Part shown: piece after piece, positions 8,859 through 17,546 of the stretch
Position numbering within the stretch: position 1 is the stretch's first letter
How the letters are laid out: each line of letters starts with the position of its first letter
From: Candidatus Tritonobacter lacicola
GTDB lineage: Bacteria; Auribacterota; Tritonobacteria; Tritonobacterales; Tritonobacteraceae
Direction: 5' to 3'
Assembly (NCBI GenBank): GCA_030765135.1
Contig: JAVCDC010000009.1
Span: 5,682 to 69,681, forward strand
Length of the DNA: 64,000 nt
The notes under the pieces: model-generated
The model's database searches: none
The model's input: only the letters and a program-made list of their open reading frames with translations
Told to the model about the DNA's origin: nothing
Program-made: the position numbers and the translations under genes

Positions 8859-9653
8859 TCAAGTTTTGTCCACAATGCGAAGAGGCTGCGGATTATCCTC
8901 CGGAATTTTCAGCGCCGGCACCCGCTGTCTATTCCTGGTCCGCACAGGGCGAAGGAGCCGGGCTAAAAAGAGCCACAGAAGGACCTTCCCCATCCCGAGA
9001 ATGGTAAGAGGCCTGGTAACGCTTTCGACCCTTCCTGCCTTAACAGCCGCCACGACGCTCCCCGGATCGTCCTTTTCCGACTCCACCAGCGAGAATGAGC
9101 GGCCGAACTGGAAGAAGAAGTGGGCGTCCGACGTCCCCACGAGCGGCAATCCATAACGCCGTGCGTACCGCTCCGCTTTCTCATTGAGGTTAATATGCTG
9201 CGAGTAGAAATGCGACGCCTCCAGTGCGTCGAAGAGGTGGAGGTTCTCCTTGAGGCTCTTCCCGAGACACACCCTGGCCCTATGGAACGGATGGGGAGCT
9301 ATGATGAGGGTCTCATCGTCCTTGATTTTCTCCAGCTCTTCGAATGTCCCGATCCTCTTATCGAGCTTATTCCCACGCAGCCTTGAGTTGATGACCAGGA
9401 CGTGCTTCCCCCTCACCGATATCTCCGAGCCCGGTAAAAGAAGAATCCCCCTCCTCCAGGCGTACTTCTTAAGTTCGTCATCGAAGGTGACAATATTATG
9501 GTTGGTAATCGAGAGAACATCGAAGCCGAGCTTCGCCGCCACATTGATTAACTCCCGCGCGGACATCTCTGCAACGTCCTCGGGATCCTCCGCCGTGTGG
9601 ACATGTAAATCGCATTTTATTGGGGACACTCTTTGGAACTCCTTGCCAAACAA
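8859..9653 (-). CDS. PHP-domain metal-dependent phosphoesterase
   Basis: N-terminal CDLHVHT...SARELINVAAKLGFDVLSITNHN, the PHP (polymerase/histidinol phosphatase) His-rich motifs. Later PHPFH and SDAHF metal ligands. Confidence 0.75.
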   Translation of the reverse strand: MFGKEFQRVSPIKCDLHVHTAEDPEDVAEMSARELINVAAKLGFDVLSITNHNIVTFDDELKKYAWRRGILLLPGSEISVRGKHVLVINSRLRGNKLDKRIGTFEELEKIKDDETLIIAPHPFHRARVCLGKSLKENLHLFDALEASHFYSQHINLNEKAERYARRYGLPLVGTSDAHFFFQFGRSFSLVESEKDDPGSVVAAVKAGRVESVTRPLTILGMGKVLLWLFLARLLRPVRTRNRQRVPALKIPEDNPQPLRIVDKT

Positions 9654-9657
9654 TGAG

Positions 9658-10347
9658 TTATCTGGAAACTATTTTAGGAGGGCGCCCGGTCCTCGGTCTT
9701 GGACGCCCCTGCCTAATACCCATTGCCATTAAAAAACTCTCGCTTCCTAATACGTCAGTGTTGCTTTTAAAATATTTTTCTTCCGCAATCGCCTTTTCCT
9801 TATCCAGCAACCACTCCCTGTAAGCTTTCCGTCTTTCCTCGACGGTAGTTCCCATTGCCGTCCATTCGGGATCGGGAGTAACGAGCGGATCGTTTTCACC
9901 CAATACGTAAAACCGAGCGCTCGACCATGGCCATTCCCAGGGGACGGTCACCAGGCCGGCTCTCACTGGGTTTCTCTCCACATAACGAGCGCATGCAAGA
10001 AGATAAGAAGATTGCTCTATGGCTTGGCTTTTAAATCTGCTTTGGAACAATCGCCCTGCCGTATTATATCGCTTATGGTACCTCCTCGCGTAAACTTGCT
10101 GCAGGCCTCCAATAGCCTTAGAGAGACTCCAAAAATCTCTCAACTTTAAAATTAAGTGAAAGTGATTATGCATAACACACCAATGATAAATGGAAAATTC
10201 AAAGAGTTGCGCGTATCTGGCTACTATTTTCAGGAAGGAATTGACATCCCTTTGATCATGGAAGATGTCATGCTTGAGAATGCCGCGGTTTATAATATGG
10301 TAAACCAATGAGTCGCTGAGTTTATATTTTCTTGCCGTTCGAGGCAT
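9658..10347 (-). CDS. IS200/IS605-like HuH Y1 transposase homolog (RAYT-like, 229 aa)
   Basis: YHIINRG...HWCVMHNHFHLILKL (HuH motif) and downstream catalytic-Tyr region (YLLACARYVERNPVRAGLV). Longer than classical IS200 TnpA, as seen in REP-associated or domesticated Y1 transposases. Confidence 0.75.
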   Translation of the reverse strand: MPRTARKYKLSDSLVYHIINRGILKHDIFHDQRDVNSFLKIVARYAQLFEFSIYHWCVMHNHFHLILKLRDFWSLSKAIGGLQQVYARRYHKRYNTAGRLFQSRFKSQAIEQSSYLLACARYVERNPVRAGLVTVPWEWPWSSARFYVLGENDPLVTPDPEWTAMGTTVEERRKAYREWLLDKEKAIAEEKYFKSNTDVLGSESFLMAMGIRQGRPRPRTGRPPKIVSR

Positions 10348-10411
10348 AAGATTATCCTATCACAGAACCGGAGCTGAGCAAATAGTTTCCAGTTAATACT
10401 TTGTGCCGTAA

Positions 10412-10645
10412 TTAGTTGCCAAGAGTGTCCCCAATTTTCCGCCCCCCGAAAGGAAACGGATCACGCCCTATCTCGCCCTCCCTCCCCTTCCGGAGATAGT
10501 TGTTCACGTAGCGAAGGCACTCCCCCCGCGAGTATCCCTCGACCACGAAACCCAGCGCGTCTCCGAGAGCCTGGCCTATGAGACAGCCGCTGTATTGTTC
10601 TTCCCGGGGTACTTCCACATATTTGCTTGCCGTTTTTACCATCAA
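10412..10645 (-). pseudogene. truncated ADP-ribosylglycohydrolase (N-terminal fragment only, 77 aa)
   Basis: GCLIGQALGDALGFVVEG is the conserved N-terminal motif of the ADP-ribosylglycohydrolase (DraG/ARH) family. Full-length proteins are ~300 aa. The ORF stops after 77 aa and abuts the transposase homolog. Confidence 0.55.
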
Positions 10646-10756
10646 GTGGTATTATAACATTGCTGCTTTGGAATTTTTATAAAGCAGATATCTCCGGCGA
10701 AGCCGGAGAATTAATAAATTCGCGAACGAAGTGAGCGAATTTATGATCTTTGATAT

Positions 10757-11141
10757 GGGGGCGAAAAGGTTTCGACTGATCTAGGAAACCGGTAGCGGCA
10801 TGCAGAGGTTGAGAGGAGGCCTCTTCCCGAAAGGGACCCTGAGCTTGTCGAAGGGTAAAACACCTCTCACACCAAGTAACTGCAGACGAGCAGTTCGCAC
10901 TAGCTGCTTAAGCAGCTACGTCCACGGGTCCGGCCTGCGGGGCCCGGATGGACGACCGGAGCAGGCTGGCCTCGAACCCGAGCCACCGGGGCAAGAGGCG
11001 AGATCGTCTTCGTGGAGGCTAGTTCTCCGTAGGTCCTGTCCGCCGGAGTTGCGGAGAGCGAATGAAAAAGACGGACTAAGCATGTAGAGGCTTCCGGTGA
11101 CATATTTCAGGACGCGGGTTCGATTCCCGCCGCCTCCACCA
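10757..11141 (+). ncRNA. ssrA: tmRNA (SsrA)
   Basis: 5' GGGGGCGAAAAGGUUUCGAC and 3' tRNA-like end GGACGCGGGTTCGATTCCCGCCGCCTCCACCA. Internal tag reading frame GCA GAC GAG CAG TTC GCA CTA GCT GCT TAA encodes ADEQFALAA* (canonical ...ALAA tail). smpB lies immediately downstream on the opposite strand. Confidence 0.9.
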
Positions 11142-11191
11142 ATTTTCTCTGTAAGGCGAAAATTTAGTGATATTGGATACACGACGGCCCT

Positions 11192-11662
11192 TTATTTATT
11201 GCGCAGGGCCCTTTCAATGTCCCGCTCCATCTCCCTCTTCTGTATGTTATCGCGACGGTCGTAGAGTTTCTTGCCCCTGGCTACCGCCATCTCGACCTTA
11301 GCCCGTCCCCTCTTGAAGTACATCGACAGCGGCACAAGTGTGTACCCCTTTCGTGAGATCAAGCCGAAGAGCCGTTTTATCTCCCTCTTGTGGAGAAGGA
11401 GCTTCCGCTTTCTATACGGGTCCAGGTTAAAAACGCCGCCCTGTTCATACGGGCTGATGTGCATGTTGTGGAGAAAGACTTCGCCGCTCTCGACCACGCC
11501 GTAGCTGTCCCTCAGGTTGCCCTTTCCCTGGCGCAGTGACTTCACCTCGCTTCCCACGAGCTCTATTCCGGCCTCGTAGGTCTCAAAGATGTGATATTCC
11601 CACCGCGCTCTCCTGTTTGCGACGATGACTTTCCTTCCCGCATCGCCAGTCGCCGGGCACAT
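11192..11662 (-). CDS. smpB: SsrA-binding protein SmpB
   Basis: ORF 11192..11719; probable start at the internal Met (MCPATGD..., giving ~156 aa). Conserved SmpB stretches: IANRRARWEYHI, GIELVGSEVKSLR, GVFNLDPYRKRKLLLHKREI, and C-terminal K/R tail. Confidence 0.9.
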   Translation of the reverse strand: MCPATGDAGRKVIVANRRARWEYHIFETYEAGIELVGSEVKSLRQGKGNLRDSYGVVESGEVFLHNMHISPYEQGGVFNLDPYRKRKLLLHKREIKRLFGLISRKGYTLVPLSMYFKRGRAKVEMAVARGKKLYDRRDNIQKREMERDIERALRNK

Positions 11663-11837
11663 ATTAAACCTCCAGTATACTGCAATCACATTGTATGATA
11701 CTCCAGCCCCCCGGTTCATAGAACGACTTTTTGACCGGTGGCGTCCGCGGCTTCAGGATTACAAAGAGGAACCACTATTTTCACGTATAAATTTGCATTT
11801 GACATCGGATGAAGCCGTCCCTATATTCACGTCAGGC

Positions 11838-12650
11838 ATGGATAATTTTTTCAAGACAGTATGGGGCAGCTGCACGTCGTTCGCTTTCTACCGCAAGGTG
11901 ACCGGGCTCTCGTTTCTCCAGTGCCTGAAATATATTGTCCCGTTTTGCCTGATCATAGGCGCCCTCCTTTATATCAATCCCTCGCTGGAGCTGCTGAAGA
12001 TATCCCGGCAGCTCCGTGAGTGGACTGACAAAAGCCTTCCCGAGATACGCATAGAGGACGGGATAATATCAATTGACGCGCCGCAGCCGTGCTACCTCGA
12101 GCCCGCGGGGATACTGGTCCCCGCCGGTGGAGAGGGGCGGACGAGAAACCTCAAACTGGCATTCGACACGACCGGCGAGATCGAAGCACTGGATGAAACC
12201 GATGATGCCGACGTTCTATTTCTGAGGGATACCTTGATCGTGCGCGGGCCGGCAGGTGATGCCACAGAGGTTCCCCTCAAAGAAATATGGCTCTTTTCGA
12301 AATACAAGGAAATCACCATCAGCAGGGAGAACGTCAATAAATACCTGCCCGGAATAACCTGGCTTCTGGTCATACTTCCCTTTGTCATAACCGTCGTAGC
12401 CAAGCCCATCCAGGCGGTCGCCTACAGCCTCATAGGCATGATCGCCGCCACGCGGGAGGGGAAGAGATTCATCAGCTTCAAGGGCGTTTATAATATCAGC
12501 CTCTTCGCCACCATCCCCGCCACGATCGTATCCGCGGGCGTCCAGCTGCTTCGTATCGATTTCAATCCCCTTTACCTGATGATCTTCTATTCGTTCGTGG
12601 CCATAGTGTTCGTCATCGGCGCGATTACCAATATGAGGCAGCCGGCGTAA
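11838..12650 (+). CDS. polytopic membrane protein of unknown function
   Basis: ORF 11625..12650 overlaps smpB at its 5' end. The internal Met at 11838 (MDNFFKTVWG) is a more plausible start. Several hydrophobic helices (IVPFCLIIGALLYI, ITWLLVILPFVITVVA, LYLMIFYSFVAIVFVIGAI). Confidence 0.5.
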   Translation: MDNFFKTVWGSCTSFAFYRKVTGLSFLQCLKYIVPFCLIIGALLYINPSLELLKISRQLREWTDKSLPEIRIEDGIISIDAPQPCYLEPAGILVPAGGEGRTRNLKLAFDTTGEIEALDETDDADVLFLRDTLIVRGPAGDATEVPLKEIWLFSKYKEITISRENVNKYLPGITWLLVILPFVITVVAKPIQAVAYSLIGMIAATREGKRFISFKGVYNISLFATIPATIVSAGVQLLRIDFNPLYLMIFYSFVAIVFVIGAITNMRQPA

Positions 12651-12709
12651 AGGGCTGGAAAAAGCCCTGGCTTCCGGTTATTATTCGGACGGGTGAATTT
12701 TCCGGGAAT

Positions 12710-12797
12710 GCCGAAGTGGCGGAACAGGCAGACGCGCTACGTTCAGGGCGTAGTCCCGCTTATCGGGGTGGGGGTTCGAATCCCCCCTTCGGCACCA
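12710..12797 (+). tRNA. tRNA-Leu (CAG)
   Basis: GCCGAAGTGGCGGAACAGGCAGACGCGCTACGTTCAGGGCGTAG + long variable arm TCCCGCTTATCGGGGT + GGGGGTTCGAATCCCCCCTTCGGCACCA. Anticodon loop TTCAGGG gives anticodon CAG. The long extra arm is typical of a class II (Leu) tRNA. Confidence 0.85.
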
Positions 12798-12942
12798 ATA
12801 AAGCGGTTACTGGTTACTAGTTTCTGGTTTTTGGTTGCTTGTTTCCGGTCAAGACCCCTTGTTGCGGCTGGATGCGACGGTTTCAATGAGTTCTGTGGCA
12901 GGTTATTATCCTCGTTAGGCATCCAATGGAACAGAATCGGCA

Positions 12943-15060
12943 GTGTCAACTATTGAAGAGAAATCCCGTTCCCTGACGCTCCTTAACCTCCTGGTTTTTG
13001 CAGCGCTACTGGCGCTTTTCCTCTCCCTTTCAATCCACCAGATAGTCAACTTCGATATATGGTGGCATCTCAAGACCGGTCAGTACATCCTGCAGAACCT
13101 CGCCGTGCCCGGCTCGGACATTTACACGTTTACCTACTCCGGAAGCAGGTGGATCGATCACCAATGGCTTTTCCAGGTTGCAATTCACCCGATTTATTCA
13201 TTCATGGGACCGGATGGCTTAATAATCTTCCAGGCCCTTATCCTCGGTGCCGCCTTCATTTTCATCGTAAGGGCGGTTCCCGGCGGTCCACCCCTCGCCG
13301 TTTCCGGAATTATCGTCATGTGCGCAATATTTGTTTGCGAGGAGAGGTTCATCGTCCGTCCGGAAATAATCACCCTTCTCTTCACAGCTGTCTACATCTT
13401 CATCCTCAAGCGGAAAAGCGCGGGCCTGATCCCCTTCATCCCCCTTCTTCAAATCATCTGGGTCAACATACACGGAGGGTTTATCATAGGCCTTGCCATC
13501 CTCTATCTCTACCTCATCGGGGAGATAATTCAGGGTTTGCTGTCTCGAGAGCGCGGGACGGGGGATCGCCGGGCCCTGAAAACGCTTGCCTCCGTAGCCG
13601 TGATATCGACGGCCGTCTGCCTTCTCAATCCCTATGGAATAAAAGGCGCCGTGTTTCCCTTCACTGCTTTATCCAACATGGGCGGGAGGGAAAGTCTTTA
13701 CTCGATGAGTATCGGGGAATTGCTCCCCCCTCTTTCATGGGGCCCGATGCATGGAAAGCAACTCCTCTCCGGGGCAGCCTCCTCGATAAAGCAGCTTCTG
13801 TCTGCCAACGTTACCCACTCGGTCTTTTTCTTCAGGATACTCATCTTCCTTTCGGCTCTCTCCATAGTTCTTAATCTCAGGAAGCTGAGGATCTCCTCGC
13901 TCCTCGTATACGCAGCGTTCCTGTATCTTGCGCTCTCCGCGCGGAGAAACATGGCGCTCTTCTCGCTCGCGGCCATTCCCCTCTCAGTTGAAAATTTCGC
14001 GCCCCTGTGGGGCCGCCTGGGGGGGAAGAGAAAGACGAAAATGGCCGCGGCGGCTATAGCGGCGGCAATCGTCCTTCTCACTGTCTCGCGGCAGCTCCCC
14101 TCCATTATCTCCGGCAGGTATTATATGAAGGACAATATCACGAAGAGATTCGGCCTGGGGTTCTCTCCTATGATGTATCCTCGCGAGGCGGCCGCCTTTC
14201 TCAAGAACGCGCCCCCCGCGGGGCGCATCTTTAACGATCTTGCCAGCGGGGGGCTCCTCATCTGGGAGCTCTCCCCCGGCGGGAAGGTCTTCGTGGACGG
14301 GAGGCTTGAGGTCATCCCCGTGGATTTCTACCGCGGGTACCTCGAGACCATCAGCAGCCCCGAAAAATATTTCGACGAGGTCGCCGAGAGATACGATATC
14401 CAGATGGTCATACTCAACCACCGCGCGGTCGGCCGGAGGCTCCTCGATTTCCTCCACCGGAGCCCTCTCTGGCAGCCCGTCCATTTCGACGAGATCGGCG
14501 TCGTCTTCTGCAGGAACAGCGCGGAGAACGCGACTTTCATCAGTGAGCATCTTATCGACTTTGCAACAACCGCGGGCGACGAAGCTATCCAGGGGGAGTT
14601 CCCGTACGGCCACTTCTACCGCGGGAGCTTTTTTATGACGATCGGGCTCCACGACAAAGCCTTCGAGGAGTACCGAAAGGGACTCCGGCTCTTCCCCTCC
14701 TACGCTCCGGGCTATAACGCCATGGGAAGAATCCACGAAGAGCGGGGGGAGATCGATATAGCGCGCGCTCTTTACCGGAAAGCCCTGGAGATCGACCCCG
14801 TCCTCTTCGATGCGCACCTGAACCTCGGCAACCTCGAGCTCCAGAACGGGTCGATCGAGGAGGCACTCGCGCAATACAAGAAGGCGCTCGCAATCAAACC
14901 CTCGAGCCTCGACGCCACCGTTAACCTGGGAACCGCCCTGTACAAAACGGATAATGTTGCCGGAGCTATCGAGCAATACAGGAAGGCCCTTGCTATCGAC
15001 CCTGCCTCCGGGGCGGCGATCAGAAACCTTCGCATTGTGATGGATAACCAGTATAATTAG
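12943..15060 (+). CDS. polytopic membrane protein with C-terminal TPR repeats (PMT/ArnT-like glycosyltransferase-type architecture)
   Basis: N-terminal ~450 aa have >8 hydrophobic helices. C-terminal ~200 aa carry clear TPR units (AFEEYRKGLRLFPSYAPGYNAMGRIHEERGEIDIARALYRKALEIDPVLFDAHLNLGNLELQNGSIEEALAQYKKALAIKP...). A family-39-like glycosyltransferase fold is inferred from architecture only. Confidence 0.7.
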   Translation: MSTIEEKSRSLTLLNLLVFAALLALFLSLSIHQIVNFDIWWHLKTGQYILQNLAVPGSDIYTFTYSGSRWIDHQWLFQVAIHPIYSFMGPDGLIIFQALILGAAFIFIVRAVPGGPPLAVSGIIVMCAIFVCEERFIVRPEIITLLFTAVYIFILKRKSAGLIPFIPLLQIIWVNIHGGFIIGLAILYLYLIGEIIQGLLSRERGTGDRRALKTLASVAVISTAVCLLNPYGIKGAVFPFTALSNMGGRESLYSMSIGELLPPLSWGPMHGKQLLSGAASSIKQLLSANVTHSVFFFRILIFLSALSIVLNLRKLRISSLLVYAAFLYLALSARRNMALFSLAAIPLSVENFAPLWGRLGGKRKTKMAAAAIAAAIVLLTVSRQLPSIISGRYYMKDNITKRFGLGFSPMMYPREAAAFLKNAPPAGRIFNDLASGGLLIWELSPGGKVFVDGRLEVIPVDFYRGYLETISSPEKYFDEVAERYDIQMVILNHRAVGRRLLDFLHRSPLWQPVHFDEIGVVFCRNSAENATFISEHLIDFATTAGDEAIQGEFPYGHFYRGSFFMTIGLHDKAFEEYRKGLRLFPSYAPGYNAMGRIHEERGEIDIARALYRKALEIDPVLFDAHLNLGNLELQNGSIEEALAQYKKALAIKPSSLDATVNLGTALYKTDNVAGAIEQYRKALAIDPASGAAIRNLRIVMDNQYN

Positions 15061-15094
15061 TTGAATCCGTGGTTAAAAAACGGGAGGTGGGGAG

Positions 15095-15559
15095 ATGAAG
15101 AAAGCACTCGAGGAATTGCTGGCGAAGGAGAAAGTGAAGTACGAAGTCATAAAACACGATCTTGCCTACACGGCCCAGGAGATCGCCGCCGCAGAGCACA
15201 TCCCCGGCAGGAAGGTGACGAAGACCGTGATAGTCAAGGCCGATGGTGAACCCAGGGTCCTGGTCCTGTCAGCCGCAAGCATGGTGGACTTCATGAAGCT
15301 GAAAGAGGTCCTTTCCTGCAAGGAGCTTGTGCTCGCATCGGAGGAGGAGATAGCCGAGTTATTCCCGGACTTCGAGATAGGCGCCATTCCCCCCTTCGCG
15401 CAGCTCATCAATGTGCCCGTATATCTTGATGAGCGGCTTTCGGAAAACGACCGGATCTCCGTCAACGCCTGCTCGCACACCGAAGCCGTCATCCTTAACT
15501 ACGGCGATTTCGAGAAGATATCCGGGGGGCTTAAAGCGTCCTTCAGCAAACATATATGA
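15095..15559 (+). CDS. YbaK/ProX-type aminoacyl-tRNA deacylase domain protein
   Basis: 154 aa. Pattern ...AQEIAAAEHIPGRKVTKTVIVKADGEPRVLVLSAASMVDFMKL... with C-terminal ...ISVNACSHTEAVILNYGDFEKI resembles standalone YbaK/ProX editing domains. RBS-like GGAGGTGGGGAG upstream. Confidence 0.6.
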   Translation: MKKALEELLAKEKVKYEVIKHDLAYTAQEIAAAEHIPGRKVTKTVIVKADGEPRVLVLSAASMVDFMKLKEVLSCKELVLASEEEIAELFPDFEIGAIPPFAQLINVPVYLDERLSENDRISVNACSHTEAVILNYGDFEKISGGLKASFSKHI

Positions 15560-15604
15560 GCGGCCCCGCAGGCCCCGCGTTCTTCCCGCCGGGCTGCGCT
15601 GATG

Positions 15605-16747
15605 CTACTTTCGCGAAGGCGCTCCCGAAAGAATCCGCTCGTATCGGCCGGTAATGGCGCCGGCTTCGAAGCTCTCGGCCCGCCTCAAGCCGCCGCCAGA
15701 AAGCGCGGACGCCAGGCCGGGCCGGGATATGACAGCCGTCAAGGCGCCGGCCAGGGCACCAGGTTCCTCAGGGGGCACCAGTAGCCCGTCCCTGCCGTGG
15801 GTTATGATCTCCCCGGGACCCCACCTGCAGTCCGACGCCACCACCGGAGTCCCAAGGCACATGGCCTCGACGATCACGTTGCCGAAGCCCTCCCACCGTG
15901 AAGGTAACACAAGTGCCGTGGCCCTCTTCATGAAGGGGTATGGATTGAGCCTGAAGCCGGGCAGCTCCACCCGCTCTTCCAGGGCCAGCCTGCCGACCGA
16001 GTCCCTGAGCCGCTCCTCATCCTCCCCTCGACCCAGGATAATTAACCTGGCCGGCGGCTTGGTGCGGACCATGGCCATGGCCTCCAGGAGAAGGTCGAAG
16101 CCTTTCTGTCGTGTGAGCCTCCCGACGGCCACAAGAAGAGGCCCGTCTTCGCGAAACCACCTGTGGTCAACGTGCTCCCCGGCCAGGGCCCTGGTTCTTG
16201 CAATGTCGACGGGGTTGCCTATGGTCACCGGATCGTAGGGCAGCCTGAACGCATCCTTGAACTCCATCGCCATCCGCCGCGAGAGACATATAAGCCCGCT
16301 CACCGCCCGCCGGTAGGACCACCGGCAAAGCGCCTCTTCCAGCCGCGCCCCCCGCCGGCTCCGGTCAAACCGGTAGACTGGAGAGTTGGTCTCGCGGGCC
16401 CAGATGGGAATGCCCGGGCCAAGCGTCAGGCGGGCGGCCCATGCCGCCAGCCCGTTGACACAGCCCACGGTCATGACCACCGCGGGCGACACCCGGCGAA
16501 GCGCACGGATGAGCCGCATTCCCCCGAACCTGATGCGCGAGGCCCCCAGGTCCACAAGCGGGACACCCGCCGGCACCTGGTCCAGCAGCTCGCCTCTCTT
16601 TTTGAATAGCACCATCCAGGGTTCGTACAGGCGGCGGTCAAGGTGGGCCAGGAGGGTGAGGGCCACCCGCTCCGCCCCTCCGCCACACAGCTCGTCCATG
16701 ACCAGTGCCAGCCGGAGCGGTGCCCCGGGCGTGGTCGAGTCACGCAT
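15605..16747 (-). CDS. glycosyltransferase family 4 (GT-B, RfaG-like)
   Basis: N-terminal GGAERV donor-binding motif (LALVMDELCGGGAERVAL). C-terminal EGFGNVIVEAMCLGTPVVASD (the E-x7-E GT4 signature). Confidence 0.85.
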   Translation of the reverse strand: MRDSTTPGAPLRLALVMDELCGGGAERVALTLLAHLDRRLYEPWMVLFKKRGELLDQVPAGVPLVDLGASRIRFGGMRLIRALRRVSPAVVMTVGCVNGLAAWAARLTLGPGIPIWARETNSPVYRFDRSRRGARLEEALCRWSYRRAVSGLICLSRRMAMEFKDAFRLPYDPVTIGNPVDIARTRALAGEHVDHRWFREDGPLLVAVGRLTRQKGFDLLLEAMAMVRTKPPARLIILGRGEDEERLRDSVGRLALEERVELPGFRLNPYPFMKRATALVLPSRWEGFGNVIVEAMCLGTPVVASDCRWGPGEIITHGRDGLLVPPEEPGALAGALTAVISRPGLASALSGGGLRRAESFEAGAITGRYERILSGAPSRK

Positions 16748-17462
16748 GGAGATTCTTCACCAGCTTCAGCCTCCGCACGGCGGCATCCTCGATCTCCGCT
16801 TCGGTGAAAATCCGGAGCGCCTCATCGGGCGTCTCGGCCTTCCTTAGCCTTGCCACGAGACGATAGTTCCTCAAAAGCCTGCTTAGCTTCGCGAGGACCT
16901 TCAAATGCACGGCCTCCCCCGGGGCGCAAAATAAAACTATGACGTGCGCGAGATAGCCATCCTCGGACTGGAAATCCACTCCGGTTTTAGATATCCCCAT
17001 AACGATCCTGGTGTTTCTAAACCGCTCCTCCAGGATACGACGGGGATGCGGCATGGCCACTTCCCTCGCCACGGCCGTGCTGCAGAGCATCTCCCTTCTC
17101 CTGACGGCATCGAGAAGGTTTTTCCCGCTCTTCATCTTGTAGACGGAGGCAAGGTGGTCGACCAGCTCTTTAATGGCCTCGCTCTTTGTCCCGGAGAAGA
17201 GGTTGATGACAATGTTTTTCTTCGACAGGAAGGAAGAGACGCATATCGTCTCCCTTTTCTTCGTCACCTCGAGCTGGGCCAGCTTGCTCGGCTTGAGGCG
17301 GGCCGCCTCCACCCTCGCCCAGTCCTGAAGCACCTCCTTATCGATAAACCAGCAGCCGGACACCTTGCAGGCGGGAATGATGCCGTTCCGGACAAACTTC
17401 CGGACGACAACGAGGCTCATGCCGAGAAAGGCGGCAGCATCTTCAAGTGTAAGCCTTTCCAT
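16740..17462 (-). CDS. fusion of Xis/MerR-type HTH with PTS EIIA(Ntr)-like (fructose/mannitol-type EIIA) domain
   Basis: N-terminal LTLEDAAAFLGMSLVVVRKFVRNGIIPACKV (HTH_17/excisionase-like). C-terminal ~150 aa resemble the PTS EIIA type-2 / PtsN fold (LFSGTKSEAIKELVDHL..., GVAMPHPR..., IVMGISKTGVDF..., VIVLFCAPGEAVHLKVLAKLSRLL), with the active-site His candidate in MPHPR. Confidence 0.6.
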   Translation of the reverse strand: MERLTLEDAAAFLGMSLVVVRKFVRNGIIPACKVSGCWFIDKEVLQDWARVEAARLKPSKLAQLEVTKKRETICVSSFLSKKNIVINLFSGTKSEAIKELVDHLASVYKMKSGKNLLDAVRRREMLCSTAVAREVAMPHPRRILEERFRNTRIVMGISKTGVDFQSEDGYLAHVIVLFCAPGEAVHLKVLAKLSRLLRNYRLVARLRKAETPDEALRIFTEAEIEDAAVRRLKLVKNLHA

Positions 17463-17546
17463 ACGTTTTTTCTCCCGATTATTATTATGCCGGGCACCAG
17501 GTACCTGTCAACGCTTTTCGAATTGCGCGCCGGGCGCCCATGCCCT

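Noticed and set aside
10650-10756. Hairpins upstream of ssrA (CTCCGGCGAAGCCGGAG; AATTCGCGAACGAAGTGAGCGAATT)
   Set aside because: Likely ordinary promoter-proximal or terminator structure separating the ARH remnant from ssrA. No evidence of anything more specific.
16944-17546. 5' extension of the M16 peptidase ORF (begins at 16944)
   Set aside because: The extension is antisense to the HTH-EIIA gene and precedes a textbook signal peptide beginning at 17547/17562. The real start is almost certainly the internal Met.
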